This document shows positions 26,198-38,629 of a stretch of DNA of 64,000 nt, one piece after another. The notes beneath the pieces were generated by a model. That model searched no databases. It saw only the letters and a program-made list of their open reading frames with translations, and was not told the DNA's origin. The translations under genes and the position numbers were made by a program. This stretch comes from Mobula hypostoma (Eukaryota): contig NC_086098.1 of assembly GCF_963921235.1 (NCBI RefSeq), positions 3,038,001-3,102,000 on the forward strand, read 5' to 3'. Each line of letters starts with the position of its first letter. Positions within the stretch are counted from its first letter, which is position 1.

Positions 26198-26835
26198 TAC
26201 ACCCAGCGGCCACTTTATGAGGTATACCTGTAAAGCTGCTCATTAATGCAAATATCTAATCAGCCAATCACATGACAACAACTTAGTGCATAAAAGCATG
26301 CAGACATGGTCAAGAAGTTCAGTGGTTGTTCAGACCAAATATTTCAAAGGGGATGAAATATTAGCGAAGCAACTGACTGGAATAATTGTTGGTGCCAGAA
26401 GGGGTGATTTCAGTATCTCAAGACTGCTGATCTCCTGGGATTTTCACACACAACAGTCTCCAGAGCAGGGGTTCCCAATCTTTTTTATGCCATGGACCCC
26501 TACCATTAACTGAGGGGTTTGTGGTCCCCAAGTTGGGAATGCCTGCCTAGAGTTTACAGAAAATGGTGCACAAAACAAAAAAAACATCCAATGAGCAGCT
26601 GTTCTGTTGCTGAAAATGCCTTGTTAATGAGAGAGGTCAGACTGGTTCGAGCTGACAGGAAGGAGATAGTAACACAAATAACCATGTGATATAACTATGA
26701 TGTGCAGAAGAACATGCCCAAAGGCCCAACATGTTGAAACTTGAAGTGAATGGACTACATCAGAAGACCACAAACATACACCCAGTGACCACTTTATTAG
26801 AGACAGGAAGTACAGTAGATTCCTAGTAAAGTGTA
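26198..26835 (+). mobile_element. Non-autonomous Tc1 derivative carrying a hAT MITE at 26466-26545
   Basis: ta-cacccagcggccactttat terminus; transposase remnant IIVGARR.GFSIS. Confidence 0.8.
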
Positions 26836-27064
26836 TCTCTGTAACTGTTCACGCTCAGCCTATCTCAGTAGTTGCACATTGGTCCTGACTGGTTGAAATC
26901 TAATTCCACTGACTTGAATCTAAACCAAAGCTAATCCTCCAGAAACACACCATAAATCTCCTTTAAGTGAAATGTAAACTAAGGTGCCAGCTTAGGTGAC
27001 ATAAAAAATCAGATTTCCAGCTTTTAATATTCTGAAACTTCTTGGCAGTAAAGTTTTTGGATAG

Positions 27065-27312
27065 TGCAGAGGCATAGCAGTTAGCACAATGTTATTACAG
27101 CACCTGAGACCAGGGTTCAATTCCCGCTGCTGTCTGTAAGGAGTTTGTACATTTTCTCCGTGACCATGTGGGTTTCCGCACGTGCTCTGGTTTCCTCCGA
27201 CAGCCCAAAGATATATCCGTTAGTAGGTTACTCGGTCACATGGGTGTAATTGGGTGGTGCAGGCCCATTGGACCAGAGGGGCCTGTTACCATGCTGGATC
27301 TCGAAATAAATT
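27065..27312 (+). mobile_element. tRNA-derived SINE
   Basis: A-box-like tagcagttagc; B-box ggttcaattcc; core and aaataaa tail. Confidence 0.8.
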
Positions 27313-27405
27313 AATCCCTGATTTTCTCAGCCATGCTGCTAAATATGGAACACTCACAACATGCTGGAGGAACTCAGCAGGTTGGGCAGCATCCGTGGAA
27401 ACGAT

Positions 27406-27443
27406 GAGTTGACGTTTCGGGCCGGAACCCTTCGTCAGGACTG
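27406..27443 (-). ncRNA. Minimal hammerhead motif in the 3' pLTR
   Basis: Reverse complement CAGTC-CTGACGA-A-GGGTTCCGGCCC-GAAAC-GTC-AACTC; helix I 3' arm mutated. Confidence 0.7.
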
Positions 27444-27714
27444 TAGGGGGAAGGGACAGAGGCCCTATAAAGAAGGTGGGGGGTGGGAAGGAGAAGGCTG
27501 GTGGGTTCCAGGTGAAAAACCAGTAAGGGGAAAGATAAAGGGGTGGGAGAGGGGAGGCAGGGAGGTGATAGGCAGGAAAGATGAAGAAGGAATAGAGGAA
27601 AACACAATGGGTAGTAGAAGGAGGCGGAACCATGAGGGAGGTGATAGGCAGCTGGGGGAGGGGGCAGAGTGAAATAGGGATAGGGGAAGGGAGGGGGAGG
27701 GAATTACCGGAAGG

Positions 27715-30655
27715 GGCTGGAGACTACCCAGACGGTATATGAGGTGTTGCTCCTCCAACCTGAGTTTAGCCTCATCATGGCAGTAGAGGAGGCCACGTAT
27801 GGACATTTCAGAATGGGAGTGGGAAGCAAAGTTGAAGTGGGTGGCTACTGGGAGATCCTGTCTGTTGTGGTGGACGGAGTGGAGGTGCTCGACGAAGCGG
27901 TCCCCCAATCTGCGTCGGGTTTCACCGATGTAGAGGAGGCTGCACCGGGAGCACCGGATGCAATAGATGACCCCAACAGACTCACAAGTGAAGTGTTGCC
28001 TCACCTGGAAAGACTGTTTGGGGCTCTGAATGGTGGCAAGAGAGGAGGTGTAGGGACAGGTGTAGCACTTACGCTGACAGGGATAAGTGCTGGGTGGGAG
28101 ATCCGCGGGGAGGGATGTGTGGACCAGGGAGTCACGGAAGGACCGATCCCTGTGGAAACCGGAGAGGGTTGAAGAGGGAAAGATGTGCTTAGTGGTGGGG
28201 TCCTGTTGAAGGTGGCGGAAGTTGCGGTGGATAATGTGCTGGATCTGGAGGCTGTTGGGGTGGTAGGTGAGGACAAGGGGAACTCTGTCCCTGTTGTGGT
28301 GTCGGGAGGATAGGGTGAGGGTCAAAGTATGGGAAATGGAGGAGATGCAGGTGAGGGCAATATTGATGACGGCAGAAGGGAAACCACGATCCTTAAAGAA
28401 AGAGGACATTTGAGATGTCCTGGAACGGAAAGCCTCATCCTGGGAGCAGATGCCGTGGAGACGGAGGAGCTAGGAATAGGGAATGGCATTTCTGCATGTG
28501 GCGGGGTGGGAAGAGGTATAGTTGAGGTAGTTGTGAGAGTCAGTGGGCTTGTAGAAGATGTCAGTGGACAGTCTGTCTCCAGAGATGGAGACCAAGAGAT
28601 CGAGAAAGGGGAGAGAAGTGTCCGAGATAGACCAAGTGAATTTGGGGGCTGGGTGGAAGTTTGAAGTAAAGTCAATGAAATTGACGAGCTCAGCATGAGT
28701 GCAGGAAGCAGCACCAATGAGGTCGTCAATGTAGCGAAGGAAAAGTTGGGGAGCTGTACAAGAATAGGTTTGGAGCACAAACTGTTCCACATAACCAATG
28801 AAGAGGCAGACATAGCTGGGGCCCATGCGAGTTCCCATAGCTACACCCTTGGTCTGAAGAAAGTGGGAAGAGCCAAAAGAAAAGTTATTAAGTCTGAGTA
28901 CCAGTTACGACAACCGGAGGAGGGTAGTGGTGGTGGGGAATTGGTGAGGTCTATTGTCCAGAAAGTAGCAGAGGGCTTTGAGGCCTTCTTGATGGGGATT
29001 AGAGGTGTATAGGGATTGGACATCCATAGTGAAAATGAAGCGGTTGGGACCAGGGAACTGGAAGTTATTGAAGAGGTGGAGGGCATGGGATGTATCCCGG
29101 ATGTAGGTGGGGAGGGACTGAACTATAGGTGACAAAATGGAGTCCAGGAAGGCAGATACAAGTTCGGTGGGGCAGGAGCAGGCAGAAACTATGGGTCTAC
29201 CGGGGCAGTCAGGCTTGTGGATCTTGGGGAGGAGGTAGAACCGAGCAGTACAGGTTGTGGGAATAATGAGTTTAGCGACTGAGGATGGAAGGTCTCCGGA
29301 GTTGATAAGGGTGGTGATGGTGCGGGAGACAATGGTTTGATGTTTTTTGGTGGGGTCCTGTTCCAGTGGTAAGTAAGAGGAGGTGTCAGAGAGCTGCCGT
29401 TTGGCCTCAGTGAGGTAGAGGTCTGTCGGCCAGACTACTACGGCACCACCTTTGTCAGCGGGTTTGATGGTGAGGTTGGGATTAGTGCGGAGAGAGTGGA
29501 GGGCACTGCGTTCAGAGGGAGTGAGGTTGGAACAGGAGAGAGGAGTGGTGAAGTTGAGACGGTTGAAGTCTCGGCGACAGTTGGAGATAAAGAAATCGAG
29601 TGCAGGTAGAAGGCCCGGGCGGGGTGTCCAGGAGGAGGAGGAGGGTTGAAGACAGGAGAAGGTGTCATCAATAGGGGCAGGGGAATCCTTGCCAAAGAAG
29701 TAGGCTCGGAGACGTAGGCGACGGAAGACGACTTCAGCGTCATGGCGGGCACGGAACTCACTGAGGTGTGGACGGAGGGGGACAAAAGTGAGGCCCTTGC
29801 TAGGACAGAACGTTCTGCCTCAGAGAGGGGAAGGTCAGAGGGGATGGTGAAGACACGGCAAGGGTTGGGGCTGGGGTCGGAGGAGGGTGAAGAGTGGGAG
29901 GTCTCAGGAGGGAGAGGGGGGTTGGGATGTTGAGGAAGAGCAGAGTTAGGGGTGGATGAGGGATCAGAGGAATGGAGGGGCGATGAGGGGTAGAGGGAAG
30001 GTTGGGAGTCGCGGGGAGGAAAGAGGGTATTGGGGGAATCAGACGGGCGGTAGGACCTAGCGGCAGTAAGAGGGGTCCCGGTCCGGAGAGGGTTGGGACC
30101 TCGGTCTGAGCTGGATCTGGAGCTGGGGTTGGCGGAGCCTGTAGCCTGCAGGGGCCCAGAGCTGAGGTCGGAATCGGAGGCGAGGGTCCATGGCCCGCCG
30201 GGGGGCCTGGTGCCCACGTCCGGGAGGCCATGGTTCCAGTCGGGGTCAGAGTCGGAGGCGGATGGGTCTTCGGCCTGCCGAAGGCCAGAGAAGTCGAGGT
30301 CTGAGGGGTCGGGGTCCGGGCTGGAGCCGGTCGTCGTCGTGGGCTCCAGGTGGGAGAGTTTGTGGTCCTTCTTGGACGCGAGGAACGAGAAGAAACGGCG
30401 GTTGGAGGCGTGAATCCGGCGGAGAATGCAGTGTAGGAGAGTTCCATGGCAGACGGTGGAGAGCGGGGCCCGGAGTGGTGGCAGAGAGAGGGACAGGGCC
30501 CGTAGGTATCTCCGCATGGCAGTGAGCGTGGCGCGGAGAATCCGGCGGGAGCAGCCGTCAATAAAATGGAGGTAGCTGGGATCCTCGCTGGGCCCAAACT
30601 GGGAGGCCTGGAACCGGAGCTGGAATCCCTCGGTACAAGATGGCGGCGGAGACAC
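27715..30655 (-). pseudogene. Penelope RT plus GIY-YIG endonuclease ORF, disrupted
   Basis: ORF pieces 29438-30655, 28905-29135, 28470-28838 and 27465-28409 are collinear parts of one ORF. Confidence 0.9.
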
Positions 30656-30901
30656 GTTCTCAGGACGGAGACGTGGCTGTGGTAGCGGGTCTGGGTGAGG
30701 ATCTGGTCGAAGAGTCAGAGAGAGACGGAAATCACAGAGGGGGAGCAGTGAGAAAGGGTCTCACTGAACTCCCGTTGAAGGGAAAATTTAAACTTCTTCA
30801 GGGTAGGCATACCTTGAAGAGACTTCGCAGTGATACCTACCAGCCTTCTCCTTCCCACCCTCCCCCAACCTTCTTTACAGGGCCTCTGCCCCTTCCCTCT
30901 A

Positions 30902-30939
30902 CAGTCCTGACGAAGAGATCCGGCCCGAAACGTCGACTG
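30902..30939 (+). ncRNA. Minimal hammerhead motif in the inverted pLTR
   Basis: CAGTC-CTGACGA-A-GAGATCCGGCCC-GAAAC-GTC-GACTG; perfect helix I, stem II mutated. Confidence 0.75.
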
Positions 30940-31451
30940 ATCGTTTCCACGGATGCTGCCCGACCTGCTGAGTTCCTCCAGCGTGCTGTGAGTGTTGCTT
31001 TGACCCCAGCATCTGCAGAGTATTTTGTGTTTACTGCTAAATATGGAAATCAGATTTATAGATTCAAGAGACAAAGAGTAACAGCTTGCTCTGCCTGGAG
31101 ACCAGCACAGGAGCCTGGGCTTACTGAGATTGGTGAGATCACTTCTCAGCCACGGTAGAGTCATAGGACGCTGCAGCACAGAAATTGGCCTTTCAGTGCA
31201 TCTAGTCTGTGCTGAACCTCTAATCTGCCTAGACCTCAATAATCCTTCCATCCACATTCCTATCAAAATTTCTCTTATATGTTGAAATCAAAACTCCATC
31301 CACCATTTGCGCTGGAAGTTTGTTCCACACTCTCGTCATCCTCTGAGTGAAGAAGTTCCCATTAGATATTTCTCTTTTCACCTTTAGCCCATGACCTCTG
31401 ATTGTAGTCTCACTTAACCTCAGCAGAAAAAGCCTGCTTGTAATAACCCTA

Positions 31452-32058
31452 ACAACACACACAAAATGCTGGAAGGGGAGGGGGAGGGATGAAGTAAATA
31501 GCTGGGAAGTTGATTGGTGAAGGCGAACCAGGGCTGGAGAATGGGGAGCCTCACTCAGGTTGGAGGAAGAGCAATTTACATTCCGTCTGGGTAGCCATCA
31601 GTCTAATGGCATGAACATCGAATTTTCGAAGTTTCGGTAATGCCCCGCCCCCTCTCCTTCACCATTCCCCATCCCCTTTTCCCTCTCTCACCTTACCTCC
31701 TTGCCTGCCCGTCACCTGCCTCTGGTGCACCTCCCCCTTTTCTTTCTTCCATGGCCTTCAATCCCCAGGTATTAGACTCCCCCTTCTCCAGCCCTGTATC
31801 TTTTTCACCAATCAACTTCCCAGCTCTTTACTACATCCCACCCCCTCCTGGTTTCACCTTTCACCTGTGTTTCTCTCTCTCCCCTCCACCACCTTTTAAA
31901 TCTGCTCGTCATATTTTTTTTTCTCCAGTCCTGCTGAGGGTCTTGGGCCAAAACTTCGACCGTACTCTTTTCCATAGACGCTGCCTGGGCTGCTGAGCTC
32001 CTCCAGCATTTTGTGTGTGTTGCTTGGATTTCCAGCATCTGCAGATTTTCTCTTGTTT
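31452..32058 (+). mobile_element. Penelope 3' fragment with 5' inverted piece, inserted in a CR1 remnant (31160-32275, minus)
   Basis: GIY-YIG tail remnant LRLEE..RLGS; inverted tail at 31452-31545; flanks aataaccct and aataaccta. Confidence 0.75.
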
Positions 32059-32909
32059 GCAATAACCTATCTATTCCCTCAGAATTTTGTACACTTCTAT
32101 CAGATCTGCCCTCGTTACCTTAAACTCCAGGGAATAAAGTCCATAACTATTCACTACTACTACGTTGACTCAGGCACGATGATGGACACAATAACTATTC
32201 AACCTTTCTCTATTCCTCAGGTTGTCAAGTCCCAGCAACATTTTTGTACGTTTTCTCTGTACTCTCTCAATCTTCACAGAGTTTCAGGGCTGCACAGCAC
32301 AAAAACAGGCCATTCGGCCCAACTTGTCTGTTCCAGCCTGAAAGAACAGGAACAGGATCGGCAACCTCAGTAATTTTATTGGGGACTGGAAAACAATAGG
32401 TTAAGAGTCAAAAGAAAAGACTACTTATTTTTATAATTTTGTGTTATTTAATGTGTATTTTTAAAATTATGTTTATACTTGTGTGGTTTTGATTTTGTTT
32501 GAAAAAGATAAAAAATAATTACATACAGTTGTTCTGCCATAAAGCAATAGTAACGCTCCTAAGAAACACCACATTGCAGAAAGTCACATGAGAGCAGAAT
32601 AGGTTTTCATAGTTCAAAATTCAAAGTCAATCTATTATGAAAGTGCATATATTGGCCATATACTGACACTTTCTTGCAGGCATACTCAGTAAAACAAAAA
32701 ACATACAGCAAATCTACACACAAAGACTGATAAATAATGATAATGCAAAAGACGACTAACTGTGCAAATATAAAATAAATCAATAAATAATATTGACAGC
32801 ATGAGTTGTAGAGACCTTGAAAGTGAGTCCACAGGTTGTGGAATCAGTTTGCTTTTAGTTGTTTCAAGTTGTTTTCATGACCGTGATCGCGTGATGACCA
32901 ATGTGACTC

Positions 32910-33366
32910 TATCTCCATCTTGGGCACTAGCCTACAAAGTACCAAGGACGTCTTTAGGAAGCGTTGTCTCAGAAAGGCAGCATCCATTATGAAAGACCTC
33001 CAGCACCCAGGGCATGCACTTTTCTCACTGATACCTTCAGGCGGGAGATACAGAAGCCTGGAGGTACACACTCAGTGATTCAGGAACAGCTTCTTCCCCT
33101 CTGCCATCCGATTCCTAAATGGACTTTGAAGCTTTGGACACTACCTCACTTTTTTAATATACAGTATTTCTGTTTTTGCACATTTTTAAATAATCTATTT
33201 AATAATCTATTTAATACATAATTGATTTACTCATTTATTTATTATGTTTTATTTTATTTATCATTATTTTTTCTCTCTCTCTGCTAGTTTATGTATTGCA
33301 TTGAACTGCTGCTGCTAAGTTAACAAATTTCACGTCACATGCTAGTGATAATAAACCTGATTCTGA
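32910..33366 (+). mobile_element. Rex1/Babar 3' fragment
   Basis: SILGTSLQSTKDVF..CLRKAASI; ataataaacctgattctg tail. Confidence 0.9.
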
Positions 33367-35222
33367 ATAACACACGTCATGGCACAATAGTCTCTGTTTC
33401 ATTACTTCTTACATTATTGTTGCACAATATTGCACATTGGTAAATTAGTATTGTGTATACTATTATTCTGTACTTTATTATTAGTTAACATTATTATCCT
33501 ATTTATTATTATTATTTGTTATTATTGCTGAGTGTGTATTTAAATGTTGCTGCTGTAACAAAATAATTTCCCATTCAGTATCAATTAAATACGTATTATT
33601 ATTATTATTAATGCACCAATTGCTTTAGAACTAACTCATATCATGGAAACATACACTGTAGCAGAACTTCAATTTTAATAGTTTTTAAATGTCTCTGCTG
33701 GGCTCGAGCTTTGCCGGCTGTCACAGTGTTGACCACAGTACCAGCCCTGGTACCAGTGAGACTACAGTACTGGAGCCCTCAATGTTTCAGGTGTGGCCTT
33801 TGGTATCCAGCAGCTAAATAAAGATTAGCTTTAATTGTAAACATATACATCAAAATATATCATAAAATGCAGTGACCAACACAGTCCAAGAATGTGTTGG
33901 GGGCAGCTCACAAATGTCGCCATACTTTTGGCACCAACATAGCATGCCCACAGCTTACTGTATGCCTTTTCAGGGAGCTCAGGAAGTACTTGTTGGCTTG
34001 GAGGGATCATCTCACCAAGTTCTGACCGAAGTTATCAGACTAATCTCCTTCCATGTATTGTGACAGCAACTAAAAGTGCACATCAAACTTTTCCTGAAGC
34101 CTATGCAAAAATCTAAGGCTACAAGGCATAAATTTGTCTTACCTAAAATATCTATTGTACCTATCATATAAATTATGCTACAGCTGACAACAAGACAGAA
34201 AACTCCTTGGAGTGTCCATAACTCACTCACAACTCGATCGTTGATGAGTTATCTGATCAACTTCAGTTGTTGAGGTATTTATCAGCTCATTGTGCTGGCA
34301 CTTCCTCTCAGGGTAAATACTTGCAGTCTTTACAAATACATTACTGAGCAGCAGGTGGGTTTTTAAAAGGATAAGTGATGCAGATGGTGGTGAGTGTATT
34401 TCGACTTCCCAGAGAGGAGTGAAGAAGAAAGGTTTTTTATTGAAGATCAGTGGTCTGAGGGACTTAGAAGTGGAAAGTCATTGAAAAGATTGATGGAAAT
34501 ATGGCTAATTTGTGACACATGAGTATGAACAATCTGTGGTCACTTGTCTCCTTAATTTTTTCTTGTTCATTTTGACAACCAGCAGTTCTATAACTCTAGT
34601 CGACTGCAATGATCTGATGTCTAGTATCTTCTGTTCAGGAATAAATCAAACCTCCATTATTACACCAAGGAGGTACATTTTTTGCATAAATATTTTAAAA
34701 CTTGGAGTTTTACGGATATATTGGCAATTCTTCAGTTCCTTCTTTTGAGCACCTAACTTCAATGCAATCTCTAATTAAATACTTCAATGATTTTTAGTTC
34801 AAAAGAAAGTTCTGGAAAATCTAAACCATGCCTTTAAACTGATAAAACTGTTCTTAATATCCCTTAAATAATTTCAATATGAAACTCAAACTGCAATTAT
34901 TACGTACAACACTTAATCCATTATGATTTAATTTTCATCTGTGTACCTTTCTCCCATATATTTTGGCAGGAAAGATTTTGTAATTGTTATTACTCCATAT
35001 ATATATGTGTATGACCAATTATCACACCACTGATAAGATGCAAATAAATTATGGATAATATTATTGCTGTCCTATAAATGTGAGGTATACTTCATTAAGA
35101 ATCATTGTTTGAAGAAGAGAAATATTCTTATTTTAATTCTTAATCCCTACAAGACAGTAGCATTCTATATATCCCGCTCAGTCAAAGTTCAAAGTAAATT
35201 TATTATCAAATTACTCTCTGTG

Positions 35223-35767
35223 TACACTCAATGGCCACTTTATTAGGTAGTTCCTTTACTATTGAGTGAATGTTCATGGTCTTCTGCTGTGCAGCTTGTC
35301 CACTTCAAGCTTTGAGGTGTTGTGTGATCAGAGATGCTCTTCTGTACACCACAGTTAGAATGCGTGGTTAGTTGTGTTACTGTCATCTTCCTGCCAGCTT
35401 GAACCAGTCTGGCCATTTCCCTCTGAGCTCTCTCATTAACAAGGCATTTTGCCCACAGAACTGTCATTAAATGGATTTTTAAAAATTTTTTTTCATCATG
35501 CTCTGTAAACTCTAGAGACTTGTGTATGAAAATCCCAAGAGATGGGCAGTTTCTAAGATACTCAAACCACCCTGTCTGGCACAGTCAAAGTCACTTAAAT
35601 CACATTTCCTCCCAATTCTGGTGTTTGGTCTGAACAACAACTGAACTTCTTGACCATGTCTACATGTTTTTGTGCATTGAGTTGCTGCCACATGATTGGC
35701 TGATTAGATATTTCCATTAATGAGCAAGTGTACAGGTGTACCTAATAAATTGGCCACTGAGAGTGTA
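35223..35767 (-). mobile_element. Non-autonomous Tc1 derivative, complete, without hAT insert
   Basis: TA-cactcaatggccactttattagg ... cctaataaattggccactgagagtg-TA. Confidence 0.85.
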
Positions 35768-37482
35768 TCTGAATTTATCTTGAATGTCAGGATAAATATC
35801 TTAACGATCAAAATAATTATAGGTGGTCATTTATTCCCCAATTATCATGCCACTGTTAAGATACAAACAAAATTATGGATAATATAATTGTTTTCCTGTA
35901 ACTGCCAACTATATTGAGTTATGGATCATTGTTTGAGGAAGAGAAATATTCCTACACAGCTCCCAAGCTGTGCAAGACAATAGATTTCTATATGTACCTC
36001 TATCAGTTCAAAGTAAATCTATTATCAAAGTACATATGCTATATGTTAATATATACATACCACCTTTAGATTCAGTGGTATTTACAAAACAAAATTAAAT
36101 AATTAGAATTTTACAAAAACACTATACATAAACAGACAAAGGCTACCACACACCATCTGCAAATGAACACAAACTGTGTCAATAAAAATAACACTGAGAA
36201 CATGAATCGCATAGAGTTTTTGGAGGTGAGTTTGTAGGTCATTGAATCAGTTCAGATTTGAGGTGTGTGAAATTATCCATGCCCACTCAGAAACCTGTCA
36301 GTTGTAGTGTGATAACTGTTCCTGCACCTGGTGGTTCAGTTGGTACTGACACATACTATAATGTCTAACCTTAAGACTAACGTGCTTGTCTTTGGGTCCT
36401 CAATTTCACTGTACAGGCATTCAAGTGCGAGCACTCCCAATGAAAGAACCTGAAGAGATATAATGAAGTATACGTTCAACTGAACTCAAGTCACAGCCCT
36501 GAAGGCACACATGAGAATTTAAATTTGACTTTTTTTTTGGAGGGGCTTGTTAAACAGATGGTGTGTTAAACTTGCACAAGCATGTGTTGGTATGCACATC
36601 CTTAATGAGGTTAATGATAATTATCAGAGGGCCCAGCCCCCTGCACGTATTCACACACGGTTCCAAATTTCTTCAGAGATGCGACTGGCTCACCATGGCA
36701 TCCTCACTGGGAGTCCAGTTAACGGACAGTTGCTGGGTCCCAACTGGACTTTTTATCAAAGAAATCCGCAGATGCACAACAGTTCCGTGGAAATTCTGCT
36801 CCCATGTTTCATTTCTTCTTTCAGTTCTTTTGTAGGAGCCATCTATCTACTTACTTTCTGGCTGGCTGTATTGTACATTGTGTTACACATTTTTAAGATG
36901 GGCTATGGTAATTTATCCCATGTCTTTGGGTGTATTTATTTGTTTATTTGTTGAGGTACAGTACAGAACAGGCCCTTTGGCCCAATGAGCTGCACCATCC
37001 AGCAACCCACAGATTTCACCCGAGCCTGATCACAGGCAATTTACAATGACCAATTAACCCACTAACCTGTACGTCTTTGAACTGAACTACCTGGGGGAAA
37101 CCCACGTGGTCACGGGGAGAACGTATAAACTCCTTACAAGTAGGGGCGGGAAAGTGGTAGAAGCAAATTCGGGTTTAATTCGGAGAAGGAAGACTGAGAA
37201 TCGGAGCGAGAGTGCGGTGGGAGCCATTTTGATTTTTTCTTCTTATCATCTGAGTTAAGAGAGGCGGGACTGCACAGGCGTGTGACATCGGGCAGTGAAG
37301 CGCGGAAGATTTAAAAGCAACACAGCCGTATATAGCGGGCAGTGTCATTTTGCGGGCAGCGGAGTGAGCCGGGAGCAGGGTGAAGGCTTAAGGGTTTTGG
37401 CTTAATGGACTTAGGCGGAAACGGCGAGGCAAAGTAGGTTTGGTTTTCAATTTTTCCTGTTATTTGAGGAAAGGGGGGAAGT

Positions 37483-38411
37483 ATGAGTGTGAGGACAGCT
37501 TGTTGTTCTCAGTGCCGGATGTGGGAGGCCCTGGAGTCTCCTAGCCTCCCGGAAGTCCACATCTGCACCAGGTGCGCCGAGATGCAGCTCCTAAGGGACC
37601 ACGTTAGGGAACTGGAGCTGCACCTCGATGACCTTCGTCTGGTCAGGGAGAGTGAGGAGTTGATAGAGAGGAGTTACAGGCAGGTGGTCACACCGGGGCC
37701 ATGGGAGGCAGACAAGTAGGTCACGATTAGGAGGGGGAAGGGGAAGAGTCAGGTAATAGAGAGTACCCCAGTGGCTGTGCCCCTTGACAATAGGTACTCC
37801 TGTTTGAGTACTGTTGGGGGGACAGCTTACCTGGGGGAAGCAACAGTGGCCCTGCCTCCGGCACTGAGTCCGGCCCTATAGCTCCGAAGGGCAGGGAAAG
37901 GAAGAGGAGGGCAGTTGTAATAGGGTACTCGATAGTAAGGGGGTCAGATAGGCGATTCAGTGGACACAGTCAGAAGACCCGGATGGTAGTTTGCCTCCCT
38001 GGTGCCAGGGTCCGGGATATTTCTGATTGCTTCCAAGTTATCCTGAAGTGGGAGGGTGAGGAGCCAGAGGTCGTGGTACATATAGGTACCAATGACATAG
38101 GTAGGAAAAGGGAAGAGGTCCTGAAAGGAGAATATAGGGAGTTAGGAAGGGAGTTGAGAAGAAGGACTGCAAAGGTAGTAATCTCGGGATTACTCCCTGT
38201 GCCACGCGACATTGAGAGTAGGAATGAAATGAGGTGGAGGATAAATGCGTGGCTGAGAGATTGGAGCAGGTGGCAGGGATTCAAGTTTCTGGATCATTGG
38301 GACCTCTTTTGGCGCAGGTGTGACCTGTACAAAAAGGACAGGTTACACTTGAATCCTCGGGGACCAATATCCTGGTGGGGAGATTTGCGAAGGCTACTGG
38401 GGAGACTTTAA
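37483..38411 (+). pseudogene. CR1 ORF1 (Zn finger/leucine zipper plus SGNH esterase), disrupted
   Basis: CSQC..CTRC, LRDHVRELELHL, CLPGA, VVVHIGTND and DRLHLN motifs. Confidence 0.9.
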
Positions 38412-38629
38412 ACTGGAATGGTTGGGAGGTGGGAATCAAATTGAAGAGACTAGGAGAGAGGAGGTTAGTTCACAAATAGAGAAAGCTAGTAGACAGTGTG
38501 TGAGGGAGGATAGGCAGGGGACAGAGATTAGGAGCACTCAGACCGAAGATGTAGGGGAGAAGGAAGAAAAAGATAACAAAGTTGTTTGCTCCATTAGAGA
38601 TAAGAAGAGAGTAAGAGGTGGAGAGTTTC

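Larger units (their letters stand above)
27351..31033 (-). mobile_element. Near full-length Penelope-like element (Neptune-type) with inverted pseudo-LTRs
   Basis: RT motifs (TMDVQSLYT, MGTRMGPSY, LRYIDD), CxxKCYTC linker and GIY-YIG (VIYCIRC..YIGET); 15-bp TSD ctgctaaatatggaa at 27336-27350 and 31034-31048. Confidence 0.95.

Noticed and set aside
27065..27135. tRNA gene
   Set aside because: A/B-box-like motifs run directly into a SINE core and no cloverleaf is evident.
30780..30830. Minus-strand CTGAAGAAG in the Penelope 5' region as a second hammerhead
   Set aside because: No correctly placed stem II, GAAA or NUH downstream.
36547..36954. 135-aa ORF with a hydrophobic C-terminus
   Set aside because: Non-ATG start, T-rich sequence explains the hydrophobicity, and it ends in a SINE tail.
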